Shown: one piece after another, positions 12,358-26,560 of the stretch
Position numbering within the stretch: the first letter of the stretch is position 1
How the letters are laid out: every line of letters begins with the position of its first letter
Origin: Gracilinanus agilis
Taxonomy: Eukaryota
Assembly: GCF_016433145.1 (NCBI RefSeq)
Contig: NC_058130.1
Location: 728,200,142 to 728,264,141 of the forward strand
Direction of reading: 5' to 3'
DNA: 64,000 nucleotides
Notes under the pieces: generated by a model
The model's input: the letters and a program-made list of their open reading frames with translations, nothing else
Database searches by the model: none
Told to the model about the DNA's origin: nothing
Position numbers and translations under genes: made by a program

Positions 12358-12553
12358 ACAGCTAGGTGACTTAGTGAATAGAGAGCCAGGCCTACCCATG
12401 GGAGGTCCTAAATTCAAATCTGATCAAATGCTTCCTCACTTTGTGACATTTGGCAAGTCACTTGACTCCAGTTGCCTAGCCCTAGCCCTTTAATATTCTA
12501 CCTTGGAATCAATACTTATTATCGACCCTAAGACAGAAGTAAAATTAAAAAAT
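12358..12553 (+). mobile_element. SINE1_Mdo-like, older copy
   Basis: cagctaggtgacttagtgaatagagagccaggcc...; TSD taataataaaatggggtc on both sides. Confidence 0.85.
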
Positions 12554-14019
12554 AATAATAATAATAAAATGGGGTCTTGGAGAACATAATTAAAAAGTGA
12601 GAATACAGTCATAGTAGAAATGAGATTGGCATGAATAGTTATGAGGGAGGACATAATTGTGGACAGGGAATGGAGCTTTAGCTAACTGAATCACTGAGAT
12701 TCTGAGTAAAGCCATAGGCAATAATTGTAATGCCTAGTAGCAAGGATATGACTATTATTCCCTAAGCTAGAGATGGAAAGCATTACCTTAGAAGGAGTTA
12801 TAGGGAGAGACTTTGGTCCTGGAGGTAAAGAGTGCTTGCTGGATAAATACTTTTTTGGTTAATTATGTAATGTAGGTAAACAATGATTAGGACAGGTGGG
12901 AAGATGCCTGTTCTGGTTAAGCCTTGGTTCAACTCAGGATCTAAATGGAACAAGGCTTCAGTTTGAAACCTGGCTACTTGTAGAAAATTGAGAGATGGTT
13001 CATTTGTCCTCCGGTCATTAGCTAGAGCAGTTCTGCCTTAGGGGCCAGTTCCAAAGCTGAAATAATTATCCCCAGGTTTATGGGGTAAGGTCTCTGGAAG
13101 AACGTTTTACTCAAACTTTATGGATCTGTCCTTAGATAACTTCATGTCCAGGAACCCCAATTTCCACATCTGTAAAATAAGATTAGACTAGATGATCCCT
13201 AAACTTCTTTCTCACTTGAATATCCTGTGACTATTAGATGGCCTGAGAAACTCACTGCAACCCTTTGCACTACTCCTCCCCCAAGGCTGTTGGTAGGAAA
13301 GAATTTTGCAAACTATAGAGAACTATCCTTATTATGAGCTGAGACTAAGGTATAAAAATAATGCACATTAATTTTGCATATATAAATAATAACCAGCGGA
13401 CTGTTTTCTTCTAGGGTAAATAAGTAAAAGTTGTCTTCTGTGGTTAAGTCTAATGTCTAATCCTGCCACCATTACTCAGGAGGGGTGGCATGGAACAATA
13501 AAAAGAACCCTGGATTTGTACTTGAGTTCCTTCTTTATGACCTTGAGCAAGTCATTTAATATCTCTACCCCTTAGTTTCCTTATCTGTAAAATGAGGGAA
13601 CTGGACTGGATGATCTCCAAAGCCCTATTATCCAGTTGGAGAAAACAAGTTATATATGTACCTTGGCAGAAATGTACAGAAAACCCTGCTTTAAGTGCTC
13701 TTGTTGCATCTTTTTGACTCACAATTCCTACTGTATAACCATCCAGAGTCAAGTAACAACAGTGATTGCAGAAAGGGGAAGCTTGAGGCAGTTGAGTATA
13801 AATAAACATTTAACTTCACATTCTCACCTCCATGTTGTCAAACTTAGAAAAAAGAATATCCAGGCTGGAAACATCCAAATTTCCTTCTATGATATTTTGA
13901 GTTGGAGGGCAATAACCGAAAGAATTAACTGCCCAAAACTAACCACTTAAAATATTTTGTATAATATACTCCATCCTCCACATATATGCTGTGATTCTAC
14001 AGAGCTTTTTCTCATCATA

Positions 14020-15414
14020 GAGAGTCAAGTCAACAAGCATCTAAGTGCCTAATATGTGCCAGGTACAGTACTAGAACAAAGAAAAGAAAACAAAGAACAA
14101 AGAACCAAAAAAAAAAAAAAACAAAGAAAAGGGGAAAGTCTTTGCTCTCAAGGAGTTCATAGTCTAATTGGAGAAACAACATGAAACCAGTTGCACAAAT
14201 AAGATATCTACAGGATAAATTGGAGACAATAAACAGAATGAAAACACTAGCAGTAAGGAGAATTGGCAAAGGTTTCTTGTAGATCTGATTTTAGCTGAGT
14301 CTTGAAGGATTCTGAGGAAGCTAAGTGGTGGAGATGAAGGAAAGAATTTAGGCATAGGGGAAAGCCATTGAAAATATTTAATGTTTCCTGTGTTTGAATC
14401 TAGCCTTAGACACTTCCTAGCTGTTTAACCCTGGGCAAGTCACTTAACCCCAGTTGCCTAGTCCTTATTGCTCATCTGCCTTGGAACCAATACTTAGTAT
14501 CAGTTGTAAGACAGAAGATGCAGGTTAAAAAAAAAAAAAAAAGAAAATACCCAGTGGCCCAAAATGGTTTGTTTTGTTTGAGGAAATTGCAAAGAGGCCA
14601 GTATCTTTGGATTGCAGAATACAGAAATGGGGTTGGGGTAGAAGGTAAAATATAAGCAGACGGGAAAGGGAGAAGGCCAGCTTATAAAAGGTTTTGAATA
14701 CCAGACAGAGGTTTTTACATTTGATCCTGAAGGTGATAGGCAGCCTTTGCAATTTATTAAATAAGAAACTGACATACTCAGCTCTAGGAAAATCCCTCAC
14801 AATTGAGTGAAGGATGAGCTGAAGTGGAGGGACTGGCTAGCAGACTATTTCAGTGGTCCAGATTTGAGGTGGTGAGGGTTGTGCTAGGGTGATAGCAGTG
14901 TCATTGAAGAGAAGAGGGCATATGTAAAAGATATTATGAAGATAAAATTGATACAGTACTTGGCAACAGTTTGGCTATAGTGAATAAGAGTGAGGAGTCA
15001 AAGATTTCATTTAGGTTGCAAGCCTGAGAAAATATTGGTGCCCCTTGACAGTGATGGGAAAGTTTAAGGGGAAAAGAATAAGTTCCATTTTAGACTTGTA
15101 GAATTTAGGGCATCTACAGGACAGCCATTCAAGATGTCCAATAGACAGCTGGAGACTGGAGTTTAGCAGAGCAATTAGGGTTCAACAAGTAGATTTGAGA
15201 ATCATCAGCATAGAAATGATTGTTGAATCCATGCCAGCTGATAAAATCATCAGCTGAAAGTACAGGTGAAGCTAATCCATAAACACAGCTACAATATCAA
15301 ATGGCCTCTGAGAAGTACATGTAAGCAGTGCCATGAGAGGTGTAAGGAAGGAGAACTTACTCATCAGGAGGCTCTGGAAAGACTGTCTGGAGGAGTTGCC
15401 AATTGCAAATCCTT
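14020..15414 (-). mobile_element. L2 3' portion with a nested partial SINE (~14390-14545)
   Basis: starts caacaagcatctaagtgcctaatatgtgccagg; long antisense L2-like stretch. Confidence 0.7.
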
Positions 15415-15428
15415 TAAAAGATAGGAGA

Positions 15429-15840
15429 AGCAGAGCCAGAAGAACATTGTACACAGAGACTGATACACTGTGGTAAAATCGAATGTAATGGAATTCTGTA
15501 CTGGCAGCAATGCAATGACCCAGGACAATTCTGAGGGATTTATGGAAAAGAATGCTACCCACATTCAGAGGAAGAACCATGGGAGTGGAAACATAGAAGA
15601 AAAACAACTGCTTTAACACATGGGTTGAGGCAGACATGATTGGGGATGTAGACACCAAACTACCACACCAATGCAACTATCAACAATTTGGAAATAAGTC
15701 TTGATCGATGACACATGTTAAAACCAGTGGAAATGCACATTGGCTATGGGGGGGTGGGGTCGGGGAGTGAAGGGGAAAGTAAGAGCATAAATCATGTAAC
15801 CATGTTAACTTTTCTAAAAAATAAAAATTATTTTAAAAAA
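15429..15840 (+). mobile_element. 5'-truncated L1 3' end
   Basis: agcagagccagaagaacattgtacacagagactgatacactgtgg...A-rich tail; TSD taaaagataggaga at 15415-15428 and 15841-15854. Confidence 0.95.
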
Positions 15841-16079
15841 TAAAAGATAGGAGAGTGTCCCACAGGGTGATTAGGAAGAGTGGGCTAATCTAAGGCCACG
15901 AGCACTGGCCATTGAATTAGGAAACCTAGGTGAGTGTTCATCTTTCAGTCACTTAATTCCCCTGTCTTCCTCAGATGTAAAATGGAGTGATAATAATACT
16001 GGTATTACCTGTATCAGGGAGTTATGTGGAAAGTACTTTGTAAATCTCAGAGTGCTATGGGAATTGTGATGCCATTATT

Positions 16080-16600
16080 ATTATTAACAGGTAAAGGGAG
16101 AAGAGGGCATTCTAGGCATAGAGATCAGTGTGAGTATAAGCAGAGGAAGTAAACAGTGCATGCATGCTGGGCTCCAGGGTCAGGGAAGTTTCCATTTGAC
16201 TGGAGGGTTGAGTGAATGGAGGGATTGTAGTATAGCCTGACCAGACAGTCAGGCTAAGGCATTTGGTCTTGACTAAAGAAAATGATAGAACTACTGAAGG
16301 TTTTTGAGCAAAAGGAATGGCATGGGCAGATCTGGGCAACTCATTAAGATCATTCTGGCAACAATGTAAAGTACTGATTGGAGTTGGTCCGGAGTGGGGA
16401 GGAGGCTTTAGTTCAATCAGGTGAAAAAGGAGTGTCTTTGCTAGGATGGTAGCTGTGGGATTGACAGGAGGTGTGGGTGGAGCGGGGAACAGATATAAAA
16501 AGAGTAGCAAAAAGAGAAACAGAAAACTTGGTAACTGATTAGAAATGAGCAGCAAAGGATAGGGATGAGTAGGGTAAAAAACAATCACCAGAATGACTAT
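16080..16600 (-). mobile_element. L2 fragment
   Basis: gggaagagggcattctaggcatagag...tttttgagcaaagg...ctggcaacaatgtaaag, antisense L2. Confidence 0.6.
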
Positions 16601-17059
16601 AAAACAAGAAAGTTATGACTAGAGTTCTTTGCATCTTGGAGCCCTTAAATCCCTTTTAGACTCAGCTTGTTCTGCAAGAGACCTTTCCTGACCTTCCCCC
16701 AACTCCCATTACTTGGTATTAATTTTGTATATATAATCTATTTTTCTATGTACATGGTCCATTTCCCTGGGAGACTGCCATCTATTTGAGGACAGAAACT
16801 ATTCTTTCTTATTGTTATAGCATGGCATCTGGTATATAATAGGTGCTAACAAGTGTTTGTCAGAGAAGAGGTCAACAACTCATCAGGTTTCTGAGATACT
16901 ACAAATTAGAGTACAGGCATATCCCACATAACTTTCAGCCAGTCTGTAAACATTGATTAAGCACCTACTATGTGCTGGGCCCTGGGTTAAGTACTGATAA
17001 CAAAGAGAGGCAAAAGACAGCCCCTGCCCTCAAGGAGATCCCAGGGAATAGAGGCTGCA

Positions 17060-17272
17060 CCTGGAGTCAGAAAGACCTGAGTTCAAAACCAGTCTCAGAT
17101 CATTACTCATTATATGATCCTGGGCAAGTCATTAACCTTGTTCACTTCATCTGTTCATCTATCAAATGGGCCCATCTATCAAATGTCAAACTATTCCAGT
17201 ATCTTTGCCAAGAAAACCCTAACTGGAGTCACAAAGAGTCAGACATGACTAAAATGACTGAACAGCAACAAT
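17060..17272 (+). mobile_element. MAR1 SINE (marsupial CORE-SINE)
   Basis: 3' part ccagtatctttgccaagaaaaccct...gtcacaaagagtcagacatgactaaaatgactgaacagcaa. Confidence 0.85.
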
Positions 17273-20200
17273 TCATGAAGCAACCAGGAGGCCATGGTCC
17301 TTGTCCCTGATCAGTTTCATTTTGTCATTTTTTTGGCCAAGATCTGTGATTTCATTATTAGAGAGAACTCCATTAAAGAAAGTCTTCTGCTAGTGCAGAT
17401 TAGCCCTTGCTCTGGGCTCTAGCCAGGTACTCTGGGACTCCACATCACCCAAGGTTACCCACCTACTATGTGGCAGAGAGGAACTTGATCCCAGGTCTCT
17501 ATAACTCCGAACCCTAGTTCTCTCTCTACACTGCCTCTCCATTTGGCAATAACAATAATAGTATTGGGTAGTAATAGTATTAATACATTATTATCCCCCA
17601 TAATGTCAATAAGCCATACCCTAACTTTCATTTAGCCAGTTATCTAAGCCATAAGACAGATGTCATCTGTGACCATCTGAGCTGGTATTTAAGCCCTACT
17701 TAGTGGTATTTTCTTTGTCTAAAAGCAAGGTAGGCTACTTCAAGATGGGTTCCCCATCACAGAAAATTTCTAGGCATAAGTTATGGATATGTGTGTTACA
17801 GAGGAGATTCCTGTTGAAGTTTTTGGACTACATGGATGCCCTTAGAAGTCCCTTCCAACTTGGGGATCTGACAGTCTATCTCATAAGTGAGATTTTAATT
17901 TAGTTGTTAGAAGAGAAAAATACATGGTACATGTCCAAGGACCTATGATCCTGCAGAGTACGTCTCCTGATGTTCCCCCAACACTCAGAATGCACTAGGG
18001 GTCTCAAAAATGGCCCACTGCAGCTATTCCACAATAGCTTATTATGCACAGAACCTTACAATAGGAGCATTGTAACTAGTAGGTCTGATGTCATTCCCAA
18101 TGAACTTACTTTCCACAAATAAAAACCTCAGAATTCTGTGAAACTCAGCTTCTTGGACTTTTCATTCCTCATTCCCCCTTTCCTTCCCCTCCTCCCCACT
18201 CTGCCATTACAGATGCCCAATCTTCTACAAGTTCAGCCCACAGAGTGGTTTAACTCTACAGAGCAATGGAACTGTCCTCACACTTATTTGTCAGTTAATT
18301 GCTATGTTAAGAAGGATATTCCCCCATAGCAAATCCCTTCACGATAGTGACTTTGGAGCTCTCATTACATCAGTTTTAATAGCATCTCTTCACCCTAAAT
18401 TAAATTGTGTTAATTTGCCTCGTGACCATTATTCTATTTTGGATCTGAATGTAAGAAATGGGTACAATCAAGTCTTTCCAAGCTGTAAGTAAATTGCTAT
18501 TTTTGTTATTGTGGAATGGAAATACTTGGTATTTAATGTCCTCAAGCCTACACACCTTCTGTACTCAGATATCGTTCTACTAGGAATTAACTCATACCTC
18601 CAAGGTTTTTTTTTTCCTCTTCTCATTTTTCTCTTCTTTTTTTCTCTTTTTCTCTTCTTCCTCTTCTCTCCTCTCCTCATCTTTCCTCTTCCTGAAGATC
18701 AAAGTAACAAAATGGAAGAAGTCTATTAATATCCTGTAGGTTTTATGATCAAAGATCATAATTGTCTTCCTTTTAGTAAGTGTCTGTTGAATGAGTGATA
18801 GTAGCAGCTCCCATTTCTATAGTGTTCTGCATTGTACAAAACATTTTCCTTATAACCACCCAGAGCAGACATAGTTATCTCAATTTTACAGATGAAATAA
18901 GACTCAGAAAGGGCCACTGAATTTCTAGTCACATAACCATTAACCCAGATCTTATAACTCTAGTTTTAGGCTTTTTTCTTTTTTTTTTTTTTCCCTTGCT
19001 CTACCCAGCTGCCTCTCATTTTTTCCCCTAGGATAATAATGGAGGAAAGAACTTTAAGAAAATGAAATGGATATCAGACCCCATTTTAGCTAATATTGAT
19101 TTTTCCTGCCTCAATTTCTCCATTTGGATAGATGAACACATGTTCCTTTGAGGTAATATTAAAGACTCATAGAGCTAGAAGGACTATGTAGTGATGATTA
19201 ATCCATTTTGTGGGAGTGTAAGCTCCTGAGTGGGGAAGGGACTTGCTCAGGACCACAAAGCCAGGAAGTGGCAGATCTAGGGCTGGAACTTGGGCTCCTA
19301 AGCACTAACTCCCCTCCCCCACAACCCCAGCTTCCCAGTCTAGTCCCTCTACACAGGCTGGGTTGAAGGATTGAAGGAGCGGTACTTTATGAATGTGGTT
19401 TTCAAATTAATGAGGCGAAAGGGTGCTGAGGTCTTTTATCTTTACAACTTTGTTAGTTTTTTATTATGCGCACACAGAATTTTAACTCACTGCCAAAACC
19501 AACATGCTCCTTCTGGGAGAGAGCTCCCAAGGAGTCAAAATCAAAGCAGCTAAAACCTGGGAATGGTAAGCCTATGTGGGTGTTTATATAACATTAACCA
19601 AACATTTGTTAAATACCTACTGTGTGCAGGGTTTTGTCCTGGGTACTCAGGTTATAAAGTGAAAAATACTATAACACCTCAAGAAGCATTTCCTCATGAC
19701 ACCCCTATGAAGCAGGCATCTCTTGCACTTCTTCAATTTAGCCCTAGAGGATAGAATTAGAGACAGTAGTTAGAAGTTGCAAAAGTAGTTTTACACTTGG
19801 TATAAGGGGTAACTTCCTTATAATCAAGCTTTCTAAAAGTAGAATGGGTTGCCTAAGGAAATAGAAGTTTCGCCCCTCACTAAAGATCTAGGAGCCATCA
19901 AGCTGCTGGGTGTATTGTAGAAAAGATTCTTCTGCAGTCCAGGTTAGACTCAGTGGCCTTTCTATTGTAGCCTCTGTGCTCTGGCTCTTTCTCCAAGAAT
20001 CAGGCTTGCTATTTTTGCTCTACAGAGTTCCAGGGGGTAACTCAGAGGGTATCTTTAATGCCAGCAGCTTAGGGTCCCTCCCCCTAATGCACTACAGTTC
20101 CATTTAGTCATTTAACATTGAGTAATTTTCACAGTGGCAGATTTATCTCAAAGATATTAGAAAAACAAATGAACAAACTTCTCTACACACTCACTTTAAT

Positions 20201-20881
20201 ACCATACTCCTCCTTACCCCATCTCAGGCTCTGGAGGGAGTAGGCTCAGCTTAACTCAGTTCCTACTTAATATTGATTCCACCAACTTCATGTCCAGTTA
20301 TTAAATGACTTCCAAATGAATCTTAGTCTCAGTTTCTACTGCCCAGAAGTTCACGCCTTTCTCCTTAGAATATTAGTGCTGCACTGACTCTGAAATGCCT
20401 GGGCGCCAGAATGCCTTCCACATTTACCAGGTCAGAAGTTTCAGTTTCCTTCACCTAAAAGGGAAAAGAACAAAGAGAGATCATGGACTAAGGCCTTTTC
20501 AAGGGGCCAGAGAACTTGAAAGGGAGATACCCTGGCCTCTTTCCTTTACCATCAACCTTACTACATAGTTTGGCTAAAACCAGTGGCAGTCTATCTATAG
20601 ATGCTCAAGGTATTTCCAAGCACTTCCATCACATCTCTTCCAGAAACAGGCTCCCAACCTCACTATCTAAGACACTTGGTTCATTTAAACCAGACCCCTA
20701 TTATATTGAGTTGCCGCAAAAGGCAAGAAAGCAGAGAAGAAAATAGCTTCGAATTTCAAGAAACATATATTAAACTACTGCCGTATGCAGAAGATAGTGA
20801 TTATGACTGAAGGAGATAAGAGTTTAGATAAGATATTGTATCTCCCCTCATAAAGCCCTTTGTCTTTTGGTGTATACATAC

Positions 20882-20886
<5 letters not shown>

Positions 20887-20916
<30 letters not shown>
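20887..20916. repeat. (TG)15 microsatellite
   Basis: read directly. Confidence 0.95.
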
Positions 20917-20928
<12 letters not shown>

Positions 20929-21554
20929 CCCTACTTTTTCTGTTGTGTATGTATGTGTGTATACCCTGTATGTATATCATTATGCACAGGATTGCATGCT
21001 AAGTGGTAAGAAAGCCCTCAGCCACTAGTGTTCAGGAGAACATTCAAAACTAGAGGAATGCTGAGTGCTCTAAGGACAAAATACCATCTCCTGACCTTGC
21101 CTTTTGGGCACACACTGTCCTTCATGCCTGGAATGCTCTCCCTCTTTACCATTTGGTGCCTTTTGGAATTTCAATCTCCCTCTTCAAGGCTCAGCTCAAG
21201 TTCCATCTTCTTTAGGAGATGGGCCAGGAGGTCTTTCCACACTCAGCAGGCCTATTTTGACAAGAGCATAGAGTGCTAGAGAGAAGTAATGTGCTATCAG
21301 CCTGGAAAGACAAGCTGGCAGGGCAGTTAGGTAACACAGTTGTTACAAGGAATGTACACCGTGAGAATGGGGGAAAGAGACCTATTCAGAAATGAAAGTG
21401 ATGATATCACCTTTTGATAAGAGATAAAAGATATCAACAACAACAAAAATTTTTGCAGGCATAGACTAAATTGGTTTTATTTTGTTAATGCTTCCATTTT
21501 ATTTATATATTATTTATATATTATATATAATGTGTATTATATATATATTTTATA

Positions 21555-22855
21555 TATTTTCTTTTATCAATTATATGTAATAACAAATTTTCATATAAAT
21601 TTTCTGAAGTTATATGCTTCAGATTATCTCCCTCCTTCCTGTTCCTCCCCCTTTTGGGAACTGACAAGCAATTCAACCTGGGTTATACATGTATTATGTA
21701 AAACATATTTCCATATTGTTCATTTTTATAAGAGAATAATCATATAAAACCAAAAGCCCAAAATAAAAAATAAAATAAAAACTCAAATAAATTAAAGTGA
21801 AAAATCATATGCTTTGATCTGCATTCTGACTCCAGCAGTTCTTTCTCTGGAGGTAGATAACATTCTTTGTCAGAAGTCCCTCAGAATTGTCCTAGATCAT
21901 TGTGTTGGTGAGAGTAGCTAAATCTATCCCAGTTGATCATTCTACAATATTGCTGTTACTGTGTACAGTGTTCTGCTTATTTCACTCTGCATCAGTTCAT
22001 GTAGGTCTTTCCACCTCTTTCTGAAACCATCCTGTTCTTTTCATCCTCATTTTTTATAGCACAACAGTATTCTATTATCCATCATATACCACAATTTGTT
22101 CAGCCATCCCCTCAATTTCTAATTCTTTACCACCACAAAAATATTTTTGTACAAGTAGGTCCTTTTCCCCCTCCCTTTTTAAAAAATCTTTGGAATATAT
22201 ACCTAGTAGTGGTATTATTGGGATCAAAGGGTATGCATTGTCTTATACCCCTTGGGCCTAGTTCCAAATTGCTGTGCATATGGTTGGATCAGTTCACAAC
22301 TAGCCTAGCAATGCATTGTGTCCCAATTTTGCCACATCCCCTCCAACATTTATTACTTTCTTTTACTGACATATTGACTAATCTGATAATTGTGAAGTGG
22401 TACCTCAGAGTTGTTTTAATTTACATTTGTCTAAAAGATTTAGACATTTTTTCATATAATTATTGATAGCTTTGATTTCTTCTAAAAACTGACTATTCAT
22501 ATCCTTTAACCATTTATCAATTGGGGAATGACTTGGATTCTTATAAATTTGACTTAGTTCTCTATATTGAGAAATGAGGCATTAATCAGAGAAATTTGTT
22601 ATAAAATTTTTTCCCAGTTTGTTGTTTCCCTTCTAATCTTGGTTACGTGGGTTTTGTTTGTACAAAATCTTTTAAATTTAATATAATCAAAATTATTCAC
22701 TTTATATCTTATAATGCTATCTCTTGTTTAGTCATAAATTCTACCCTTCTCCATTGATCTGATAGGTGAACTATTCTCTGTTCCCCTAATTTCCTTAGAA
22801 GTAATAAAGACATCTTTTATGTCTAAATCATATAGTCATTTTCTTATCTTGGTAA
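21555..22855 (-). mobile_element. L1 3' portion (~1.3 kb; ORF2 C-terminus + 3'UTR)
   Basis: antisense motifs ccacaatttgttcagccat, tgtggtacctcagagttgttttaatttacattt, ccatttatcaattggggaatg. Confidence 0.9.
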
Positions 22856-22859
22856 AAAT

Positions 22860-24480
22860 TTCTGTTTTAAAAAGAATACCTGATAGGATGGATTGGAGAG
22901 GTATGAGACTGAATTCAGGGAGATCATTTTAGAGACAATTGCAATAGTCATCTGAAAGTTAATGATGATCTGGGCAAGAACACAGTCCCAGAATTTCAGA
23001 ATTAGAAAGGAAACAGATGTAAGTGATATTGAGGAGTTGAAAACAATGAAGTTTTACAGCTAATTCATTATGGGGAAGGAGTGAAAGCAAAGAATCTTGA
23101 ATGACTCCTGGATGGCAAACCTGGGTGACTAGAAGAATGGTGGTGCTCTAAACAGCAAGAGAAATTAGGGATTGATTCAGTGATAAAGATAGTGAGTTCT
23201 CTCTTGGACCTATTGAATTTGACATGCCTAGGGTACATCCAGATGGCTATACATGTATATGAGACTAGAACTCAGGAGAGACAGGAGGACGAGATATGCA
23301 GATTTTAAGAAGCATTTAAAAGGCAACTAGGTTATACAGTGAATAGATTGCTGGGAGGGAGAGGGAGAGAGAGTATATGTGTGTCACTATAGCTATGTCA
23401 GCTGTTCTCAGAGGAGAGGGCACTAACAGCTGGGGTGACTGGGAAAGGCCTCCTATAAAGGGTGAGATTTAAATTGTCTTGAAGGAAGCCTGGGAAACTA
23501 AAAGGCAGAGGGCAGCTAGCTGGCTCACTGGACTGAGAGCCAGGCCCAGAGGCAGGAGGTCCTGAGTTCAAATCTGGCCTCAGATACTTCCTAACTGGGT
23601 TCCCCTGGGCAAGTCACTTAACCCCCATTGCCTAGCCCTTACAACTCTTCTATCTTAGAGCCAATACACAATATTGATTCTAAGCAGAAGATAAGGGTTA
23701 AAAACAAAAAGAAGAAGAAAGAAACTAAAGGCAAGAGAGTATCCCCCAGACAAAAGGAGCAACCAGTGTAGAGTCCTGGAGACAGTGTCCTGGGTAAGAA
23801 AAAGACACTTTAGGCCAATGTAGCTGGATCATAAAGCAAAGTGTGAAAAGAAGAGAGGTCATAAATTGGCAAGTGGGAAAATTCTTGAGAACCATTTCTT
23901 AAAGACTCTTTCTTCCTCCAGCACTCCCCACTCCACCCCACCCCCACTATTTATAAAAGTTTTAAATGCCAATATTTGATCTTTGAGATAATAAGAAGCT
24001 GTGGAATGTATTGAATTAAGGGTGACATGGCTCAACCTGCGCTCTAGGAAAATCACCTCTGGAACCAGGTGGAGGATGGATGGATGGAGGTGAGGCAGAA
24101 ACCAATGAGAAGATTATTTCAGTAGTCCAGGTGAGAAGTGAGGGAAGCCTGAATGAGTGTCATGGAGAAGTGGTAAGTGGAGAGGAAGGGACTTGTACGA
24201 GAGATATTCTGAAGGTAGAACTTGTTTGTTATGTTGGGTCTGAGAATGAAGAAGGAAGGATGACACCAAGGCTGTGAGCCTGGATGACTGGAAGGATGAC
24301 CATTCCCTCCCTCGGCAGTAAAAGGAAAATAAAGAAGAGGGGAAGGTTTGAAGAGAAGTTCTCTTTTGGATATACTGAGTTTATGATGCCCAAAGGACTT
24401 TGAGTTGGAGATGCCTAAAAGGGGCTCGGTGATAGAGAATAGAGACTGGGGCTACAATAAAGAACTGGAAATCATCTTTG
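22860..24480 (-). mobile_element. L2 fragments with a nested SINE
   Basis: gatggattggagagg..., ttgaatttgacatgcctagggtacatcc, gaatgacaccaagg-like L2 motifs. Confidence 0.65.
23510..23710 (+). mobile_element. SINE1_Mdo-like
   Basis: ggcagctagctggctcactggactgagagccaggcc...gagccaatacacaatattgattctaagcagaagataagggtt. Confidence 0.88.
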
Positions 24481-24739
24481 TAGAAATGCTCCCATAACCC
24501 ACCCAGGGTTATAAAGTCAGTAAATGACAGAGGTGGGAATCAACTACCACTCTCCTCTGACTCCAGATCCAACATTCTTTCCACTGTGATGCCTTCTTAG
24601 CAGGTGGTTCACGACATCCCTTCACTGCTTTCAACAATGCCTCCAGTGGACATGACCTAAGCAAGGTCATAATACTGCCAGTGACTCTCTTCTAAGACAA
24701 AAGGCTCTGCTAGCAAGTAAAGACTAGGTTGTAGCTGCT

Positions 24740-24870
24740 CTATATAAGGAGAAGAGGTGGCTTTCCCTCCTTTGTTTCCTTTGACTCAGTCTGAAACTTG
24801 CCCGCCCACTCGGGAGACTGCAGCCTGCCTTTGTTCTGTACCATGAAACAGAGAGGATGAGTCTGCCTGC
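24740..24870. promoter_or_regulatory. Candidate enhancer/promoter motif cluster
   Basis: CTATATAAGG 24740-24749, TGACTCA 24782-24788, GCCCGCCC 24800-24807, CTTTGTT x2, in TE-free sequence; motif matches only. Confidence 0.3.
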
Positions 24871-25264
24871 TTTGGGCAGTCCAGTGAAAGGAAAAGCATT
24901 TAGGAGGGGCAGGTTCAGCTCATTCAGATGCATTTCCTGGCAGTTTGTTCTAGGGTAAACAGTTTTGCTTTGGGAGTCTGATAACTTTGACTCTAATCCA
25001 GGCTCTGTGTAACTTACTCTCTGAGTCACAGTAGGGACAACAGTTACCCTCTCTCTTTGAGCTTCAGTTCCCTCATCTGTAGAGGAGGAAATCATCTTAG
25101 GTGACATTTAGGGTCCCTTCTAGCCATAAATTTTGTGATGCTGCCTCCCCACCACATAGCTGCTAAATGGGAATCATCTCTTAAAGACCCTTTCTTCCCC
25201 ATCACGCATATCTCACATCACCACCTCCATTACCCCTCTCACTATGTTCCTGGGTGTTTTGTTT

Positions 25265-25430
25265 TGTTTTTTTAACTCTTTCCTTACTAAGTATTGGTTC
25301 CAAGACAGAAGAGTGGTAAGAGCTAAGCAATTATGGTTAAGGGCCTTGCCCAGGGTTACACAACTAGGAAGTGTTAAAGGCTAGTTTTGAACCCAGGTCC
25401 TCCCAACTCCAGGCCTGGGTCTCTATCCTC
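25265..25430 (-). mobile_element. SINE1_Mdo-like
   Basis: gtattggttccaagacagaagagtggtaagagctaagc...ttgcccagggttacacaactaggaag. Confidence 0.85.
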
Positions 25431-26384
25431 TGTGATTTTTAAGGCTATTCACTGGACCCTTACCATTAAGATGGGAGATATATACTGAAAGAATGGTACT
25501 TTTAAGGAATATGACAAGTGATTTTGCATAATTTTCTGCTTAGAGTGTTTAAAAAGTCATTCATATTATGTATGACTGCATATATAGTTAGTTTTTCAGT
25601 GATGTGGTCCTTACCTTTGCACTCTCTCAGTCAGTGGTTCTTTCCTTGCCTGTATTAGCTCATTTTTTCAGGGGACATTCTCTGGGAGCCTGACCTTACT
25701 CTTCACTCTATGTACAAACGGTCAAATGACTCACCCTGTTGCTGTCAGGTAGAAGTGCCCTTAGAGTTGCTTCATGTAGTATGTTCGAGCCCCAAGAAGT
25801 TTGCAACTTTCCAAATGGCTTCTTGCTCCCTATGCCCCAAGATTGCCACAATCAGAAACATCTCACCAAATCTGACTGCATCATTTTCTACTTATCTGGT
25901 AGATTTTTTTAGTTACTTTGTACCTAGCCAGATGATTTCAGTTTGTGTTTATACTTTTTGCCTCTGGGTAATTACATCATAATCGAAGTGTGTTCACCTT
26001 GTGATTTACATTTCTAGAAAGTGAGTCCTAAGATTCGCATCTCAACAAACATTTACTAAATGCCTACTATGTGCATACCTACTGTTGTACTAGGCTCTTG
26101 GAGAGACAGATCAGAATGAGACTGTACTCTTGGAGCTTAGTCAGGTCTGGGCTGAGAATACACACACACATGAATGACACAAATTAAAATATGAGTATAA
26201 GCAAGGTGTTTGAGGTCAGATGAGGGTGAGGTCACTTTCAGTTGAGGGAGAGCACAGTCCTAGATTCAAATCCTAGTTCTGCTACTTACTACTTATGTGA
26301 TCAAACATTTAAAGTTAGAAGGAACCTTGGAGGCCATTAAGTCAAAGTTCTCATTTTACAAATGAGGAAACTGAGGTAGCTAGG

Positions 26385-26560
26385 TGGCTCCAAGGAAAGA
26401 GAGCCAGCCCTGGAGATGGGAAGTCCTGGGTTCAAATATGGCCTCAGATACTTCCTAGCTGGATGATCCTGGGCAAGTCACCTAACCCCAGTTGCCTGGT
26501 CTTTACCACTCCTCTGTTTTGGAATCAATACTGATTCCAAGACAGAAGGTAAGTGTTTTG
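26385..26560 (+). mobile_element. SINE1_Mdo-like nested in MIR; (TG)12 at 26565-26588
   Basis: ggtagctaggtggc...ggttcaaatatggcctcagatacttcctagctgg...ctgattccaagacagaaggtaag. Confidence 0.85.
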
